From contig JAPEUG010000163.1 in assembly GCA_026025795.1 (NCBI GenBank), forward strand, positions 1 through 35,112: DNA of 35,112 bases. The letters are read 5' to 3'. Origin of the DNA: Thelocarpon superellum. Its lineage: Eukaryota. This document shows, piece after piece, positions 33,530 through 35,112 of this stretch. The stretch's first letter is position 1, and each line of letters begins with the position of its first letter. The position numbers and the translations under genes were made by a program. The notes beneath the pieces were generated by a model. That model worked only from the letters and a program-made list of their open reading frames with translations. It did no database searches and was not told the origin of the DNA.

Positions 33530-35046
33530 ATGGGCTTGGCTGGGATGTCCACCTTCTTCACCGCGAAACACGTCTTTGTGGCTGCTGCACTCCTTCGCCT
33601 CGGTCTTTTCTCCTACGGCTTGGCCCAAGACGCCTATTCTCCGGTCAAATATACCGACATCGACTACTATGTCTTCACCGACGCTGCGCGCTTCGTGTCC
33701 GAAGGTCGCTCCCCCTACGACCGCGCCACCTATCGATATACGCCCCTGCTAGCATGGACGATGCTCCCGGCCGTCTGGCGGCCATGGACCTTTTCCTTTG
33801 GCAAGATTGTTTTTGCGCTGGCTGACCTCGTTGCCGGGTGGCTGATCCGCGACGTCCTCCGTGCCCGGGGGATGCCGGAACTGCAAGCGCTGCAGTTTTC
33901 TAGCATCTGGCTGCTGAACCCCATGGTGGCGGCCATCAGCACGCGCGGGAGTGCTGAGGGACTCCTGGGAGTCATGGTCGTGGCTCTCCTCTATGCGGTG
34001 ACGCGGCGGAGGATAGTGCTGGCGGGACTCCTCCTGGGCCTGGCCGTGCACTTCAAGATCTATCCCTTCATCTACGGCCCGACCATCCTCTGGTGGCTGG
34101 ACGACGATCGCCTGTCTCGTCCTGCCCGGCCGGCAGCATTGGGACAGCCTCCCGTGACGAGCCGCGTCGCGCACTTCTTCAACGCGGAACGCCTCACGGT
34201 GACCGTGGTCAGTCTGATCACCTTTATGGGCCTCAACCTGGTGATGTACTCGCTGTAAGTTCGCTCTCCTCGAAGCTCGGTCCAACCTTGACCGTGGCGT
34301 GTAGGTACGGATGGCCTTTTGTCCAGCACACGTATCTCCACCACGTCTCGCGCATCGATCACCGGCACAACTTCTCCGTCTACAACACTCTTCTCCACCT
34401 AAATGCGTCGCCGGCCGGAAGCTCGGATCTGCGTCTCGAGTCGTTAGCGTTCATTCCACAGCTAAGCCTTGCGGCGCTGATCCTACCCTTGATGCTCGCC
34501 AAATTGGACCTGGCCAGCACGATGCTCGCCCAGACCTTTGCTTTTGTCACCTTCAACAAAGTGTGCACGAGCCAGGTACGTGGGCGCCGGCGCCGGCGTA
34601 AGCGTGGGGGTGGAACCCAGTGTCGGAGCTAACGTGGCGACGGCAGTACTTCCTGTGGTACTTGACCTTTTTACCCTTCTACCTGCCCAACTCTTCCCTC
34701 CGTGCGCGGCGGCACATGGGCCTCCTCGCGGCATTTCTCTGGGTGCTGGGCCAGGTCAGTGTTCCCACGCCTCCGACCTCCTCATGGCTGATGCGGGCAG
34801 TAGGCGCTCTGGCTGCAGCAAGCCTTTCGGGTCGAGTTGCTTGGCATCAGCACCTTTGTGCCGGCCCTCTGGGCTATTGAGACTGTCTTCTTTGCCATCA
34901 ATGTCTGGATCTTGGGCGTGGTGGTGTCGGACATTAAGGCTGGCACAAGCCAGCGTGATTCCCATGGACTCGCGAATGTCCCTATCGCGCCCCTACGCGG
35001 CTGGTCCAAACGTCTATCGGCTGCGACATCTGCATCACCGCCCTAG
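33530..35046 (+). CDS. GPI14: GPI mannosyltransferase I (PIG-M); start may be the ATG at 33545
   Basis: VKYTDIDYYVFTDAA (DxD), SPYDRATYRYTPLL, WLLNP, ISTRGSAE, VHFKIYP, RIDHRHNFS and FNKVCTSQYFLWY. Introns 34255-34304, 34576-34646 and 34755-34803. Confidence 0.96.
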
Positions 35047-35112
35047 CTTATCTGGAGTCGAATCGAGAAAATCGTAGATGAGAGTTTGGGATCTAGGCCA
35101 TGGCATACCTAG

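Overview
This is a eukaryotic, gene-dense, GC-rich window from a filamentous ascomycete (Pezizomycotina-like), with short GT-AG introns (~50-110 nt) and CTRAY-type branch points. In order it holds a fungal NLR-like NB-ARC gene running off the left edge, metaxin/Sam37, a conserved fungal hypothetical gene, a ~4.4 kb apparent gene desert that contains a well-formed 30-codon micro-ORF, a 459-aa hypothetical, a WD40 + coiled-coil protein, a secreted DUF1254/DUF1214 protein with an intronic 11-bp G-tract minisatellite, mitochondrial IleRS, a UPF0183/PHAF1-like gene, kinesin-5 (BimC), an Atg31-like gene, APC11, TUM1 sulfurtransferase, TRAX and GPI14. I recognised no tRNA, rRNA, CRISPR array or transposase. 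The best novelty candidates are the proline-rich micropeptide gene (7681-7773), a hairpin-rich candidate ncRNA (21343-21673), the hidden Atg31-like and NEDD1-like assignments, and a stop-generating NAGNAG acceptor in GPI14. All family calls come from motif recognition by eye, with no database search.
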